From positions 589,281-653,280 of the forward strand of contig MNCI01002112.1 in assembly GCA_015680685.1 (NCBI GenBank): 64,000 nt of DNA. Reading direction: 5' to 3'. A program made the position numbers and the translations under genes. The stretch is from Gnetum montanum. Its lineage: Eukaryota; Plantae; Gnetophyta. This document shows positions 14,598 to 27,768 of the stretch, one piece after another; position 1 is the first letter of the stretch, and each line of letters opens with the position of its first letter. The notes below the pieces were generated by a model. It did not search any database. It was not told the DNA's origin and saw only the letters and a list, made by a program, of their open reading frames with translations.

Positions 14598-15278
14598 TAT
14601 AGCACTTGAAAAATTTAATTGCTAGTAAATTAAAATGCCAAGTGAAAGAATTTCAACCTTGTACCTAAAGGACCTTTGAGAAAAATATCCAAGTGACGCT
14701 AGATGGTCTTGTTGATCACATAGAAACTTAGAGAGTGTAAATGGAGGTAAACAACTTAAATCAAAATGCAGATCCAGAATAAAAAAAAAGCACAAAAAAT
14801 AAATATGAAATGAACTTGCACAACAAACAAACTGAAAATTTATTGAAAGAATAAGAATATTCCAAAGTATACAAGTTGTGTACCCAAATTCTTAAATGAG
14901 TTTCTTGGATAAAACTTGAATCTTGTTGAAGCTAGGAGGTTATGTATTGTAGTTAGCTTCATGATCTAGGTACTTCTCAACATCAAACACCAAAAGCACT
15001 TGTAGGTTTTAGCTTATATTTTTAGTATTAGTTACCAAGGAGGTATGATATATGCTTGCCTTTTTAGAAATTTGGAACTATGTTGAGAGTCTCTAATTCT
15101 TAGGAAGCTATCAAATTACTCCAAAAGTATCACAAAATGCTAAAAGATCTCAAGTCCTAAAGGTTGTAATGCTCAAGGAATCAGAAGTTGAGGAACCTAT
15201 TTAGATGTGTTAAATATTAATTGTTATAGGTCACATGGTTGTTGATTTTTAGTTGAAAATTTTTATCATGATTTTTGA
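14598..15278 (-). repeat. Copy B 5' LTR, 3' half
   Basis: Homologous to 4747-5450. Interrupted at 15278. Confidence 0.85.
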
Positions 15279-16683
15279 TGTAACACCACCAAGAAAATTC
15301 ATGTTGCAAACTATAACCTTCATTTACCAACTCAAGGAAATATTTTATTGCAAATATAAGATTTGTAGTTTGTGTGCTGCAATCTTGCATACTTTAGCTT
15401 TTGGGGATGAAAAATACCTCAGAGGTTGCTATTGCCTCACTTCCTAAGTGAAAAAAGATACCTTATGTCTATATTTGGGCTTGGGAAGGATGAAAATTCC
15501 TTGTGAATTGTCAAATTTGGCATTTTCATGGGTTTTTGTAGGGGTATAGCCTCAACTATGCTAGAACCATCTACCCCTAACATAGATGATGTTGGGTTTT
15601 CATTTTTTAACAAAACCTAGCATAGTCACTAGCAAAACCAAACATAGATGTAGTCTTGGAATTTTTGGGATTTTTCATTTTCCATTTTCCCAATAGTGGC
15701 TAGTGTCATCACCCCAAGTCTTCAGCAATTGCAACATGACCAACATAGACATTATTTTCCATAGTTTCTAGCATTTTCCATAGTTTCCAATAGCTTCAGC
15801 GTAGTTCACCAAGGTCAACATGGTCATGAAAGTCCATTTACTATTTATAGTAAATGGACAGGATTTAGTGTCTATGGTGTATTCCAAACATACTATAAAT
15901 GACAACTACACTAAAAATTTTAACCATTACCACTTGCAAAAAGACATCAATCTGTCAGTAATCATGATAGTGATGTGTAGGCCCCAAAAATAGAAATTTT
16001 CACAACCTATATAAACCCAGGATAAACACCTTATTCCAATTCCCAACTTCTTCTAAGAATTAGCACTTGAAAGTATTATGAAAAAAAAAGGATCCTTTTA
16101 GAACCTTTCAACATCTTTTGTAGTAGAATTGATATCTATGTTCAGCACAGAGACTCCCAACATGGTACCACTACACCAAAGGTGGAATACCATTTATGAT
16201 CATAGTTGTTGATTTCGATGGAAACTAGCAGGGAGTTGTTGAAAAATAGGGTTGAAAGCATCTATATTGTGAAGTTTCAAGTGTAGAACATAGGCTTTAA
16301 CAGGCTTCAAGCTCCTTCAAGCTACTTCTTGTGCACCAAACACACAAATCTCTACTTCATAAACTTTATACTTTATTTTTCATTTTAGTAAAGTTACAAT
16401 TCTTGTCATGTATATTTTAGTTCATGTTTTCATTTCTATATTTGTTTTCATTCTAGATTTACAATTCCATTTGTGTTTATATTTTCATTTTTATTTACAT
16501 TTACATTTTCATTTTTGTTCGCATTTTTGTTGACACTTTCATAAGTCCCTAGTTGATCAACAATACTATCAAAGATGCCTTGAATTCTTTTTTCAAAGGC
16601 CATTGAGACTCAAGGCTAAACCTATTTTGATGCCTAGGATATTCTAGTTCCCATTCTAGCAATCAAAGTTTCTAGGTCCAATA
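15279..16683 (+). repeat. Copy C 5' LTR; TATA-like CCTATATAAACC at about 16007
   Basis: Direct repeat of 59659-61093. Confidence 0.92.
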
Positions 16684-16689
16684 GTTTTC

Positions 16690-16707
16690 TGGTGCTAGAA
16701 AGAGGAC
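16690..16707 (+). promoter_or_regulatory. PBS (tRNA-Asn-like), copy C
   Basis: TGGTGCTAGAAAGAGGAC, complementary to the plant tRNA-Asn(GUU) 3' end ...CCCUCCUUCUAGCGCCA as I recall it. Confidence 0.8.
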
Positions 16708-17319
16708 CTCTACACAAATTCTTATCCAAAAATCTTTTTTCATTTTTATCCAAATACTAATTCTTTTACATTTTCAACTCTAAAACCTACAAACATATTC
16801 CATTAACATGAATGTTTTCAACCCAAAGGCTTTCCCACATACCTCAGCATAGTTGTGATAGTTGAGTTTTGGTTTTTGCTATAATTTGATAGCAATTGCT
16901 AGTTTCCTAGGAACCAACATTGTTTACCTTAAAAACCCATTTCCATTCCAAAAATCCATTTTCATTTTAGAGCTTAGTGTCCATTCAAAAACATATTTCT
17001 ATTTTAGAAGTACATTTTTTTTCAAAAGCCCAATTTTATCTACTATGGAAACGCAATGCAAAAAGCCAACTTTTCCAATATCACTACTTAACATAGTTGG
17101 AATAACCACCTTAAATCCTATCTACTTCATAGTACATGACCATCTACTATGCAGTATTTTACAAAAACTATTTTTCCATTATCATTCCATTTATAGTCAA
17201 CTATATTAGTGGATAATCCCCCTAACTACATTTTTTACTAAAAATAGGAAAAGAGTTAAAACCATATCTTTGATGATGTCATTTAACTAGTCAACCATTT
17301 TACCCTGCAGACCATAAGG

Positions 17320-20300
17320 ATGTATGATCCCAAGGACCCTACTATGGATAAGTGTAGGAAATAACTTATACTCAAGGTGTGAAGACCTAAATTTTCATTG
17401 ATAAATGAAGATTACTATAGCTTTATTTGTGCCAAGATTCAAGTTGGCATGCTGATTCCAAGAATGGAAGCAGAGGTCAAGAGGGAATATGAGCTTATAC
17501 ATCATGATGGGAAGGAATACATCCTTTTCCCATATGATAAAATACCCCTAATGGAAACCTATGCTCACATCCTACCTCAACTAATTGAGATGGATGAAGA
17601 GGATGGGAAGGTTAGCTTTGATAAGCAACAAGAAAAAGAGGATGAGTTCAAGGCTGAGTCCAAACATGAGAATCTTATGGGGTGGGGGACTCTACTAATA
17701 ATTAACCCCAAAATCCATGATGCCTATTTCAACCTCCCTCATCTCCTCTATGGGATAGGTTCTCCAATCCTTGTCTCCCCCTTATCTAACCATGTTTTCA
17801 CCAACATCCATTATTGTAATGCACCAAACACAATCAGTGTTGTAGTCCACAACCTTTACTTCTTCATGCTTTTTTCCATCCAACCACCATCGGTGTGGCT
17901 ATCATCGATAGTTATAACAACTTCTAACCCCTTATCCATCCATATGGGATCCACCATGGGATCTCAAGTGACCTAAGGATCACATAGCCCATTTGTTCCC
18001 TTTGTACCCCAAATACCACAACAAACTTCCTTTTCGCTATTTAGTCCACCCATGATCATGGTAACTCAAACTTTCCCCTCAATACTGGAATCAATTGCAA
18101 GGCCACAGGCCTTCCAACTTACACCCCAAAATTTTGTACAAACCCTGCAACTGATGGGGGAACCCTAGGGCCTAGAGCAAGCATTCCAAATGATCTAGGA
18201 CTTAACCAAAGAGTTAAGGAGGCTTAAGGCCTCCAAATTATGGATTGTTAAGATCATGGATTTCTATTAGGATGATCCCATCAGTCCTACAATCCCACCA
18301 CTTACTCTTCCCTCTGGTAACCCCATACCATAGTTTATCAATTACAATGATGAAGGTGATCCCAACTAACATCTCATAACCTTCTACACTAAGTGCTTCT
18401 TACTAGAAGCCTAGCCACATACTATGATAAGAATGTTTCGTATGTCTCTTATGGGAAAAGCCCTAGACTAGTATCATGCCTTGCTAAGAAGATCCATATC
18501 CTTTTTAGGAGACTTTATTTCTCAATTCATTAACCATTTCAAGTACAACTTGAAACCCAACACCACCTTTGACCAACTAATGGAAGTCAAGCAAGGATCC
18601 TTTGAACCAATGGAAAAGTTCATCCAATTATGGATTCCTTTGCAAAATGATATTCCAAAATTGACAACTAAAATCCATCTTTTAGCTATCTTCAAGGGGA
18701 TGGTTAACGACTTCATCAAGTTGAAATTACACTACCTTGATCCACAATCACTTAGTTAGGTCTTTTACCAAACTAGAACATAGAGAATTCTACATAAGCT
18801 AGCCATAACCCCACCTATCTAGCATATAAAAACCAAATTTTATGAAAGAATAGAGTGAAGGGAAGGCAAAACAATGTAGTGATCACCATTGTAGCAAAAG
18901 AAAAAAAAACTATCCAGGGGCCAAGAACAAACCAATCCAAGGCCCTTGCTAACAATAATAACAATCAACCTTCAACATTTGTGGTCTCTACATTAACTAC
19001 TTCAAGGTCCAATTTTGGGCAAAAGGACTAGACATAATATACTAGGTTACCCTTAAAAGCATTAGAAATTTTAGATCAATTGTTAAAGAGTAGGATGATA
19101 TAGTTTAAGAAATTGATCAAATTTGATTGTAAGAGGAATGAAAGACTATGTGAGATAGCCAGAGATCCCACTCATGCAACCAAAGATGATCCTCCAGATA
19201 TTTTAAGCTTAACTGCTTTTATCACTATCATTAGTTTCTAGGTCAAGAAATTGACTTTTGCCTTGTGTTGAAAGATAACCTGCAAAAGATGTTAGATAAG
19301 GGTGAATTGATGCTTGATGCCTCTAATACTATTAAGCCCTAGAATCAATTGATGCATATATGTAAAGATCCATTGAACATCAACAACTACCTATATACCA
19401 TAGCAGCATTCAATGTTAACAATGATCAAAGACCTACAAAGGAACCATTTGTGATTTAGATACCTCCTTGCAATGAAAGGGGCCCTTCAACTTCTATTAG
19501 CTCAAGGGTGCGCAAACCATCCCCCCCCCCCCCCCCCCCCCCCCCCATCGACATAAGTAGTGCAAAAAATTCACCATCCATAGCAATGAAGAGAGCATCC
19601 TCAATAGATCTCATGTNCAATCGAGCAATGAGTCCCCATGGTGGCTAATGTAATGGCTTCTTCTTTCCAATCAAGCAAGGATAATAAGAAATATCCAACA
19701 AAGCAATAGAATAATCCTATGCAAAAACCTAAAAATAGGAATGATAACCAAGCCAGGGAATGGAAGGAAGTGGGCCCATTGAATCCCACTCTCATATCAT
19801 CCATCTACATGATCTCTACAACTTAGACTACTTTAACTAGTAAATCATGGAAGCATCCTAAGCCCCAAGGAAAAAGACAAGATTCTAGGTCATAACAACC
19901 TAAACATGAAGTCTACATTTTGGGGTACATAGAGGAAGTTAAGAATAGTGAAAAAAAAAAACCCACAACCAATAACAAAGATTTCCTATATGCAGTGTAA
20001 TAGATCAAACAATTGCTAAAATAAAAGAATACAACCCTTAACCTATATGACCTTGTCAGGACTTTCACTACACATCATGAGGCACTACTTAAGATGTTGA
20101 CCTTCATCCTCATTAGTAAGGACATCCCTGCTAATGAAAAATCCATCCATGCAGTGATGGTACCATCTTGACCTAGGGAAGAAGTGAGATCAACATTTCT
20201 AGTGTTTTACGATAATGAAATCAAGACTAACTCCCAAAATATTGAGGTAAATAAGGTACCCCTCTTTATAATGATAAGGGTGTGACAATACAAAGTTCAT

Positions 20301-20904
20301 AGAGTGCATGTGGATGATGGAATAGCAACAAGCATCATACCTTACACCATCGTTGAGAGTTTGAACCTAATAGAGTTAATGCAACACATGATGACTTTAT
20401 CCCTTAATTTCTTCAATGGATCATAGGTTGCTATCAAAGGCTCTATCTCTTTAGATTTTATGATAGGTGAAAAATTCCCCATAATACCAATCTTCTTTGT
20501 GGTAGAGGAAACACTAGGATTTAACCTTATCCTAGGAAGATCTTGGCTAGTTCAATTACGAGCTCTGTCTTCACCTATCCACCAAGAAACTCACCACACT
20601 TACATGGGAGGTGAAATAATAATTTACAATGATAATTTAGCCCCTCTAGTATTTAATAATGTTGACATAGAATAGGGGCCTAAAGTGGAGTTTCAAAAAT
20701 AAACTCCTACCATTAGTCACAAAATTAAAAAGCCTAAGGTAGCAAAAGATGTTAAGGACAATAACAATGAACCCATTGATGCACAATGGGGGAAGCTCCC
20801 CTTTAACATCATTAGCAAAGGTGATAGGGAATACAAGCTTGTGTAACATAGACCATATACATTTACTAATCTCTTAAAGATTAGGAAACATCTACACAAG
20901 TGAT
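17320..20904 (+). pseudogene. gag: Copy C gag-protease
   Basis: ORF fragments 17398-17976, 18481-18759 and 20460-20675. Motifs YNDEGDPN, SLMGKALD*YH, RVHVDDG, FNLILGRSWL. Confidence 0.9.
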
Positions 20905-21699
20905 GTGTGCTCCTAATCCTCCTTCCATATGCACTTGTATCCATGTAGTCATATGGACTTATAGCCTTTAGTCTACTTTACATTTTACTAGTATGCACCA
21001 TTTCATTTTACTTTGTGTTAAATCTTAATTTTCCTATATTCAAAGTGTATTCTTATTTGCAATTTTTTTACTTATTAAAATCTTATTAAGGTATTTTCTC
21101 TTTTAACATGATAAACATAAAATCCTAAAACTAGAAAATCCATAAAAAACTTTAAAACAAAAAATAAACAAAAATATGTTTTCTTTTGCAAAAACATACA
21201 AGCCACTAAGGTCTTAAATTGGCAAAAATGTGAGGGCCTACCATGACCTAAAACTAGCAACAACATGATGGCCTAACATGGCATTAAACTAGAAACAACC
21301 AAAACATTGACCCTCCATGGCCTTAAATTGGCAAATATCACATGACCTACCATGGTGTAAAATTGGTAGACAACCTTTTAACTTACTTTCATCTTTGTCT
21401 AAGCCTTATTGCCTAGCCATTTCAAACTTTTTATTACATTATAATGCTATATCCATATTAGCCAACATATTCTTAAACTATAATTATAATGTAAATCCAT
21501 AATAAAACCATAATTCTAGAATAATATAACTAGAGCTAAAAAGTAAACTTAAAATGTCTACAACATAATAGCCATGGCCACATGATTTGGCAAAATTTTT
21601 AAATAATAAAAAAAATAACAAATCCAACCACAACTAAAACATTAGCTAAAATTATCCATAATAACATCAACATCAAACATCATCAATAGAATGACTGAA

Positions 21700-24600
21700 A
21701 ATGAACAACTGATGGTACTAGGGGGAATTTGGAGGAGGAGGTGAAGGATCACTTTCATCCTTAATACTGGGATTACCAATATTGCCTGGTGCTTATAACA
21801 TGATGACAAAAGACCAGTGTGTAATCAATGGGTAGCAAAAGAAAGTTAAAACATAATTATATAGCCAAAAATATATAAGCTAAATAACCACCAACAAAGA
21901 AAATGAAACTTGAAAACCTGAGAGGGCTCTAGAGTAGAATATTCTAAGGAGAAAGTTTGAGGACCAACCTCCAAATGGTGGAGGAGCTACTCTTCAGTCA
22001 TGTTAGCCCAATCTACATCCCCATGATTAACAATTATGAGGATGTTACTCTCATTGATGTCACTCCATGAAGGTGGCTTAGGTGAGATTGTGGCAGCAAT
22101 TACCTCCCTTGAGGTGGTAGTCATCTGATGAGTAAGGGAGTTGGCTACAACCACAGTATCTACAAACAATTGGTAGACCTCCTCTACATTGATCTCCTTC
22201 TTAAATATCTTCAACTTGCATTCTTCTATAGATTCATCCTATAAGCACTTGACGTATGCATCTTGGTTATCCTTGTACTATCTCTTGTGATATTTTTACA
22301 CTTGGCTGCACTTATGATTCAAGTGCAATAATCCTTCCATTCACCAACTTTGTAGTTTAGCTGGTTCATTTGTAGCTTTTATTCTATGACCTCTCTAGCA
22401 AAGGCAACCTTTCCATGAATCACATTCTAGTAGTATGCCCACGTTATTTTCTTGATGCACAAGGAGTCCTTGTTGATCACTAAGGCCTTCACAAACTCCT
22501 TGCAATCCTTGAGATCCTTCACCTCCTACATCAACTTCTTAGTTTCTCTTTATAATGCCATAAATTATTTCCAAAAGAACTGACTAGAGCATTTGCATTC
22601 CCACAAAGATTTTGCACATGAAGTGGCATGCTTGTACAACTTATATGGAATATTTACTACATCAATAGGTAGGGTAGGCAATGCATCAATCTCTATGCCC
22701 TGATTAGGATCCCACATAAACTTAGGCATTGTAAATGATAGCACATAAAGAAAAAAAATCAGACATATAAAATGAGTTAAGAATTGAAAATGAAAAATGA
22801 CAAAAACTATATAATCATTAAAATTGAATGAAAACTGAAAAAGTGTAAATGACAAAGGTAAAATAAGTCATATGTCTTACTAAATTTCAGAGCTATCTAT
22901 TGCAACCAATTTATTGTATCTAGAGCTATGCCCCACATGAACTCAATCTTACTACAAGTACCACCCATGGTTGCATCTGGAACATAGAGATGGAAGCATT
23001 AGCCTAGGGCTCTAGAGCTATAACAAGCATAACAAGTAATTAACAACTAATTATCAAGGTCAAACATGAAACAAAAAAAACAAAAATATACACATCATAA
23101 AACCAAAAGTCATAAGTACCTAAAAGATCATTTGGTATGTTGGTAGGAGGTTCACCTAGTTGTGAATCCCTGAACAAAGCATCAAAGTTATACAATGAAG
23201 GATGAGATTGACCTTCATGTTCAAGATATTGTAGCACTTGCTCCTCTTGATGTCTTCATTCTACCTTAGGTACTACTATGGCCACCTATTCATATTTTTT
23301 TCCTACAAGAACAACAATCATGAAACATAGAATAACTTAACACATTTTGCCTAAGAAAAAACCATAACAAAACTACATTACTCAAGATCATAATTTCCAA
23401 ACAAAAAGAATAGTAAAACAAATATGATATACCTTTAACTTCATCATGCACTTGGTTAAGCTTGATGATTAGTCACCTCTTTAAGGGATCCTCGATGACT
23501 ATCGTTGTCTCATGAACCAAAGGCCTCTTCAGTTTTACTCTACCTAAATCCTCAACTCTATCAAGAAACTTCTTGGCCTTCTCCACATTCCCTACTCAAT
23601 GTGGGGTTCTCTCCCTATGTTGTCAATGGATGCACAACATTTTTCATCAAATCCTTTTATGGTGATGAACAACAATTTTTCTACACCCTCTAGTGAATCC
23701 TAGACCTACGTGGTCGAAGCAAGATGCCTTACCCAAGGCTTAGTGAGTTAGGATAGGTCTTGATTCATCCATCATTCATCCTTCCTCACTATGAAGAAAT
23801 TTGAAAATCTTCATAGGTATGCTATAAAGAATCAAAAATGCACATGGCACTTCATTGTGAAATTTTCTCAAAGCTTCAAGATTTCACCATATATCTCAGA
23901 AATCAAATGAGCAATCCAGTTTAATTATGTGCTCTTAGTAAGAACCTTTTTCATGATTCATACTTGTTCAACATCCATTATCTTTCCCTATGATAGTAAC
24001 TTAGGAAATTCATGGGATTGGAATAAGGGATACATCTCTCTAGCCTCTAGAACCTAGAAATAGCTTAGAGAGAACCCCTTATTACTTTGCGTATAATCAT
24101 CGTGCCCTTAATTGGAACACCAAAGAGATCACTAAAGGTGGGTTCATAACATCCAAAGTTACAGTCACACCATGAACATGAGTGACAAACCTCTTGACTC
24201 CTTTGCTAAAAGAGTTAATTATGTTCACCATCTCTACAATGGAAACGATGGGGCTTGGGGTCATGAAGGCATCAAGTAAGCCTGCATGAACAATCCTTGT
24301 CTAAATAGCCTTAAATAACTAATCAACCAACTAGTACCATGCAAGTTCAACCTTTCTGAAGTAAATGATTAGTATCTCCTTAGTGCATCCTAAAGTTATT
24401 TTAGTAACTTCAGCTAATGGCACAATCCCTACAACATATCAAAATGGCCTATTAGTCTTGACATAGGTGCATCGTGTAAAACAAAACATAATAAATAATA
24501 ATGAATTAAAGAGAAAATAGTGTAGCCATTAAATGACCAAAGCCTAGATAATGCAATGACTGCATAACTAGGAAAACATTGATATAAAGATAACAAAAAT

Positions 24601-26891
24601 TAGCAAACAAATATACTCACTTCACCTATATGACAATGGCATTGTAGGAGCTCTAAGAGATGGATTCACCTCTGCATCATGAGATGTGTCTTCCCATTCA
24701 CTGTGAATCATTCCATTAGCTAGACACCTTTGATAGGCCTTAGGATGGCATTTGATGTAATTATAAAATTCATCCTCAATTAGTCCATCACCTCAAGCCT
24801 CACTATTTGGATTTTGATGGACATTGCCATAGCTATTTGGGATAAGGGTAAAAGATTGTCACCCTTGATCAATCCTTGATCATTTATCCTAAACCTGTAG
24901 GCAAGTCAAATAATGAAAATTATTAGAACTTAATAACAAAAGAAAAATAATGATAAACAAAAATATACTATAATTATTACACATACCCCTCTATATGGTA
25001 GATGAAACCAAGGGGTTCTAAAATAGTGTGTGCACATGATGGCCAACTAGCAAGGTGTTATCAGGGTTGTACTACTTGAATTTGGGCATCTACCAAATTC
25101 TGGATAATTTTTAGTGACCATAATATTTGTGCCATCATGTGTCTCACCCTCTACACAAGTCTCTAGATCATCAACTAGGAACTTGATGATCATACTAAAG
25201 GAGTAAGGCACAATGGTTTCAATGATAGCAACTATAGTATGGAATGCTAAGTATGAACAAATCATTATATAAAAGTTTTGTAATAGGTAGACTAAAAAAT
25301 TCATTGCTCCTAGACTAATCCATATAGAGTGTTTTTCCCACTCCATGTTAGGAGGTGAAGTGTTGGGCCCCGGAACATCAATATAGCACAAGAGCTCCAC
25401 CAGCTCTATAATGACCAAGATGGGCTTCAAGAAGGCCCTATACCATCTAACACATAACTATTACAAGCTTGTAAATAAAAATTAAAAATTAATAATCCTA
25501 AAATAAAAAAAATATTACAATTACCATGTCAACCTTTTTATCCTTTATGAAACTTCAACATGAAGAACAACACTTAGGCAAAATACTATATGGAATAACT
25601 CATACTTGAAGGTAATGAAAATGATAGTTTAAAACTGAAAGTGTGAAATTTATAGTTTAAAATAAAAAACATGGAAATAATAGTTTATAATAAATATTTT
25701 GGATTTGCATGCTAAATTCCATGCTTATAAAAAAACCTCAAAATAGAATGGAAGGCCATAACCAAAAATTCCACAAAATTCAACAACAACACCAAAACTA
25801 TAAGGAATGACCATAATAAATAGTAGACAAAATTTATTAAATTTTTTTTAATTTGAGCCAAACTACTTATAGAACCTTCCCAACACTTCAAAAAATCCCT
25901 AGGAACATGTGACATTGATAGGAAAAATATTTTAAATTTTCAACATTGCCCATATTGGCAAATGCATAAGAGCCTTAAAACCAAAGTTTGCACCTCTTTA
26001 GTAAAAAATTCATGAAAAATTAACTACTTATCTGATTTCAAAGATCCCATACCTTTTGGAGTTATTAAACCATGAAATAAAACCTTGAGATAATAAAACA
26101 CAAAAATTCTTAAATATTTTTTTAGAAAAAACTACAAAAATGTCCTAATTGTGGCTATCATAGTCAAAACCCAATTTCGTGCGAGTCTACAGAAACACTA
26201 GCCAAAAATAAATTGTTCATTGAAATTCAATGATTTCATATGTTTTGCAATTACTGAATCATGAAATAACTTCCATAATGGTAAAATGAAAAAAATCATA
26301 ACCATTTACTGCAAAAAAATGCCAAAGTCACACAAAAAATAGCTAGAAAACTAAAAACCAACTTGACACAACCTAACAGAAACACCCATAAAAAATTAAC
26401 CGTAAGGAGGAACCAAGTGGTTAAAAAACCAAATCAACCAAAAATTAATAATAAATAGTCCATATCCTTGAAAAACTAAAATACCTAGTCATTTTCATAT
26501 GAAAAAATTCACAAGTGACATTGCTTTTTAAGTAGAAAAAAGCAGAAAATCCATGGAATTCATGGAAAAAAGTATTTATTCTAAAATGTAAAAAAAAAAC
26601 CAAAAACCTAAGTAACAATGAAAAAAATTAAATGTGACCTAAGTATATAGTGGAATTTTAGCAAACTTTTTATTTAATTAATATGCAAGTGTAGATCTAG
26701 GAAAATGTAGGGGTTCTAGGCTAGAAACGGAATAAACTCTAAATGAAAAAAATAGTTATGGCTATGTACCTAGGATAAATAGTAGCATAACCTTCTCCAA
26801 AGATGGGACATGAAAGTTCAAAAAGGCCATGAGTAGCTACATCTACCTCCTTCAGAGCAGGATTCTTGGTAGGAGCCTTCCTTCTTGACAT
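21700..26891 (-). pseudogene. Copy C antisense multi-exon gene
   Basis: First coding exon 26891-26770 (MSRRKAPTKNPALKEVD..., donor CTAG|GTAC). Later exons include ORF fragments 25047-25430, 23040-23237, 22565-22855 and 21987-22214. Confidence 0.78.
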
Positions 26892-27768
26892 GGTGCAAAA
26901 GACTATTGCAGAAAACAGTAAAAATCCTTAAATGCTAGAAGCACTACAGTGACTACATTGACACTTGGGGAAAGAATAGATGTGGCTATGGTGGGGCTAT
27001 TGGTAGTAGTAGGCATAAAGCTCCAAACTTGGGCATAGTAGGTAGAAGTGAAAAAATCAAAAATGATTTTTGCAAGTCTGAACAAAGAAAACAAACCTTA
27101 ACCTTATGTGTCCACCATGAAACTATAGTTTTCATGCATCACTCCCACTTAACTTAGTAATGGAATTGGTAACTAAGACTACACTAGGTTAGTGGAAAGC
27201 CATTCCATCCAAACTTGCCAATTCTATGTGGGCCCCACTAGATGCTCAAGAAAAAATCCAATGAAAACCATGTCTACAGTGTGATGTTAACTTCCAAGCA
27301 TAACTACGGTTTAGACCCTTGGGATAGATGCCAAATCCTATCCACTACAAAAACCTAGTCCCTAGTCCTACATCCATGTTGAAAAAATTCATGATTAAAT
27401 TGTAAAACCAGTTATCAGCATCAATTTTAATTGAGTTGTAGAAGGCCTCAAAATTCATGTGAAAATTGGTCATCCCATATGACTACACTGCCATGGAGCC
27501 TGACTATGTTGGCCCAGCATAGTCAAAATACATTCCCCAAGGCTACCTATGTTGGAAATTACATGCTTCTAGTAGGCCACAGTAATCACTAGTGTTGCCC
27601 AATGTAATCCACTTGAAAATTCCAAAACAAGTCATTTCCAAGCCAAAATTGACTTCTAAAAGCCTTAAAACCCTACTAGACTAAACATCATTATAAAATC
27701 CACTATTTATCACATTTCCCAACCCCAACTACATTGGGGATTGAATACCTACATTGCGCTAGTGTAGT

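Larger units (their letters stand above)
6054..15278 (-). mobile_element. Copy B (part): antisense gene, gag-protease, PBS and proximal half of the 5' LTR
   Basis: Collinear with copies C and D. Its LTR resumes at 61094 after copy C. Confidence 0.9.

Noticed and set aside
19521-19620. Poly-C run and divergent CpG-containing patch in copy C gag
   Set aside because: Homopolymer with a nearby N; probably low-quality sequence.
21700-26891. Antisense gene as a resident host gene or an env gene
   Set aside because: It occurs at the same internal position in three element copies and decays with them. It is antisense, lies upstream of RT, and I see no convincing env features.
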